The notes beneath the pieces are model-generated. The model was not told where the DNA came from. It worked only from the letters and a program-made list of their open reading frames with translations, and searched no databases. A stretch of DNA of 64,000 bases from Eledone cirrhosa (lineage: Eukaryota), in contig OZ024743.1 of the NCBI GenBank assembly GCA_964016885.1, positions 21,390,001 to 21,454,000 of the forward strand, written 5' to 3'. Positions within the stretch are counted from its first letter, which is position 1, and every line of letters begins with the position of its first letter. The translations under genes and the position numbers were made by a program. Below are positions 62,101 to 64,000 of the stretch, one piece after another.

Positions 62101-62630
62101 CATTTCCTCAATTGCCGTATCTTTGTTCCAGGTATTATTTATTTCAGCATTCAGATCATTGTCTGCTTCGGATGGTTCCTCCGTTCTCTCAACCTCTTCA
62201 CCTTCATTTCCCACTGGCTCGTTTGCCTGGCATACTCCACTCTCCATTTCCAATATAATCTCTCTGCTCAGTTCCTCCAGTTCCAGCTCCAGTTCCACCC
62301 ATTAGTTCTTATTACCCGAGCCTGCCCGGCCAATTTTTGTTCATCTAATTTAAATAGACCAATCTCGTTCCAGATGTTATGCATCCGTTTCCTATAGCCT
62401 TTTTCCTTGGGGTTACCTTCAGGTAACATTGCATAACAGCTCTATTCAATTCTTTCGTCCAGTTGGTTCTGGTCCCTTTCCTTCTTCCTCTTCCTCCAAC
62501 ACCAGCAGTATTTGGATGACAGCCAGGTCCTTGCTGCTGGGCCAGGGAGCACCGGCTGGGTGAAAGTCTGTCACATGACATTCCAGTCTCCACTTCACAG
62601 TTATTCGAACTGTTTAGGTTCGACATTTAA
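59132..62630 (-). mobile_element. R4/Dong-like non-LTR retrotransposon (RT, CCHC, restriction-like endonuclease), near full length, frameshifted
   Basis: WKSPGPDG, YRPITCL, EQKGC, GIFQGDSLSP, FMDD, YKYLG, CRIC..H..EC, RPD..D..EK..Y; 3' end abuts (TAA)n. Confidence 0.9.
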
Positions 62631-63230
62631 GCACTCATATTGAGGATTGGTTCAAATCCCACTGAGGTCAACTTTGCCTTTCATCCTTCCAAGGTCGATA
62701 AAATAAAGTACCAATTAAGTGCTGGCGTCGATATAATCAACTTTGCCCTTTCTCCATATTGCTCGCCTTGTGCCAATGTTAGAAATCAACATCATCATCA
62801 TTATGTTAGATTGGCAGTATCGGTAGAGTGTCAGATGCCATGCTTTTCAGCATAGAGTTACAACCTTTTACGATCTGTGTTCAAATCCCGCCAAGGTTAA
62901 CTTTGCCTTTCATCCTTACGGGGTCGATAAAATAAAGTACCAGTAATGCACTGGGATAATTGCTGGCCTTGTGCCAAAAGTAGAAACAATTATTATTAGT
63001 AGTAATAGTATTGTGTAAAAAGATTTTTCTTTGGATATTTTTAACAGGTATCCTTACTAAGGTATGCTGTTTACCTCAATACCTGGGGTGGACAAAAAGG
63101 TCTGTTTTTAGACATTTATTTCCATGTAATTTCATCTCTTTTTAATATTACTAGTAAAAAAAAAGATAGACGGTAAAAATAATTTCTTATTTGCCAGCAC
63201 TGCTACCAACAACTAGACTTTGAACATTAA

Positions 63231-63445
63231 CCCTTTAGCATTTAAACTGGCCATATCCGGCCAGAACTCTCTCACCTCTTTCAGTTCAAACTGGCGATAA
63301 CTGGCCGCTCATTCTGATGTTAGGGTATTGTTCTTAAAATAAATAATATCAAAATCTCATAGATTCAATATTATGTGAGATAATTATGTGAGGTAAAGCT
63401 TTTACCACAAAAATATACTAGTAAATATAGAGTAATGTAGATGCT
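63231..63445. mobile_element. piggyBac-type MITE lacking its right end; second TTAA-CCC...GGG-TTAA element at 63681-63898
   Basis: Homology to 21956-22174. Confidence 0.7.
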
Positions 63446-64000
63446 TTTAAACATCCTTTGAATTTTACTTCTTTCCCATATCATGCCAAGTGTCCATCTG
63501 ACAACTGAGCAAAATTTGGTAATACACACATTTTACAATTGTCATACAAATGATGCCATAACGGCATAAACAACAGTAAATATCTCTGCAGTAAATTGAT
63601 AATGCCCTTCTCTATTTACTCAGCTTTCAGAACTGTTTCAAGGAGATGTTATGATCTAATGGAATGGTCATGTCAATTAACCCATTAGTTACCAATCTGG
63701 CCAAAACTGGCTCTAGCTCTTTAGAATAAAACCATCCATTTTAAAGATTTTCAATTTAAATTGGAATCTTCCAACATAATTTTATATATGAACCTTACAT
63801 TAAGTTATTATCTTAGTAATGAAATAATTAATAATTTTAGTAAATCCCTCACTACTTAAAATAGAATGTATTTCATTAGGAATGCAGTCATGAAAGGGTT
63901 AAGAAGCATGTTTTCTTCACAATTATATCAGGGCTGTTGGCCCTGATTGTTCTGTTTGTGTTCACAGGGAAACTCAATAGGATTATCACATTCTCGCCTT

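Noticed and set aside
63040-64000. Candidate next kinase exon after the CAG acceptors near 63047, 63623 and 63967
   Set aside because: The required frame hits stops within a few codons and shows no kinase similarity

Overview
Repeat-saturated eukaryotic DNA, most likely cephalopod (Octopus-like SINEs, RTE LINEs and very long (AT)n/(CA)n tracts). One host gene is visible: six coding exons (40612-58841, +) of a TBK1/IKK-epsilon-like protein kinase that continues past the window. The rest is nested mobile DNA: Penelope-like elements (PLE; RT + GIY-YIG), young RTE LINEs with a PHD-like finger inside the RT, CRE-like, CR1-like and R4/Dong-like LINEs, a deleted Gypsy LTR element, an IR/DR Tc1, a hAT and a Helitron derivative, piggyBac-type MITEs and many tRNA-derived SINEs. 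The most striking unexplained signal is about 17 loci carrying minimal type-I hammerhead ribozyme (HHR) motifs, intact or decayed, most with palindromic stem III. Several occur as divergent twin copies in fold-back hairpins, often followed directly by AATAAA, and sit in (AT)n tracts. There are also ~50-nt stubs that appear to start at the predicted cleavage site. All structures were paired by eye; no database searches or folding programs were run.
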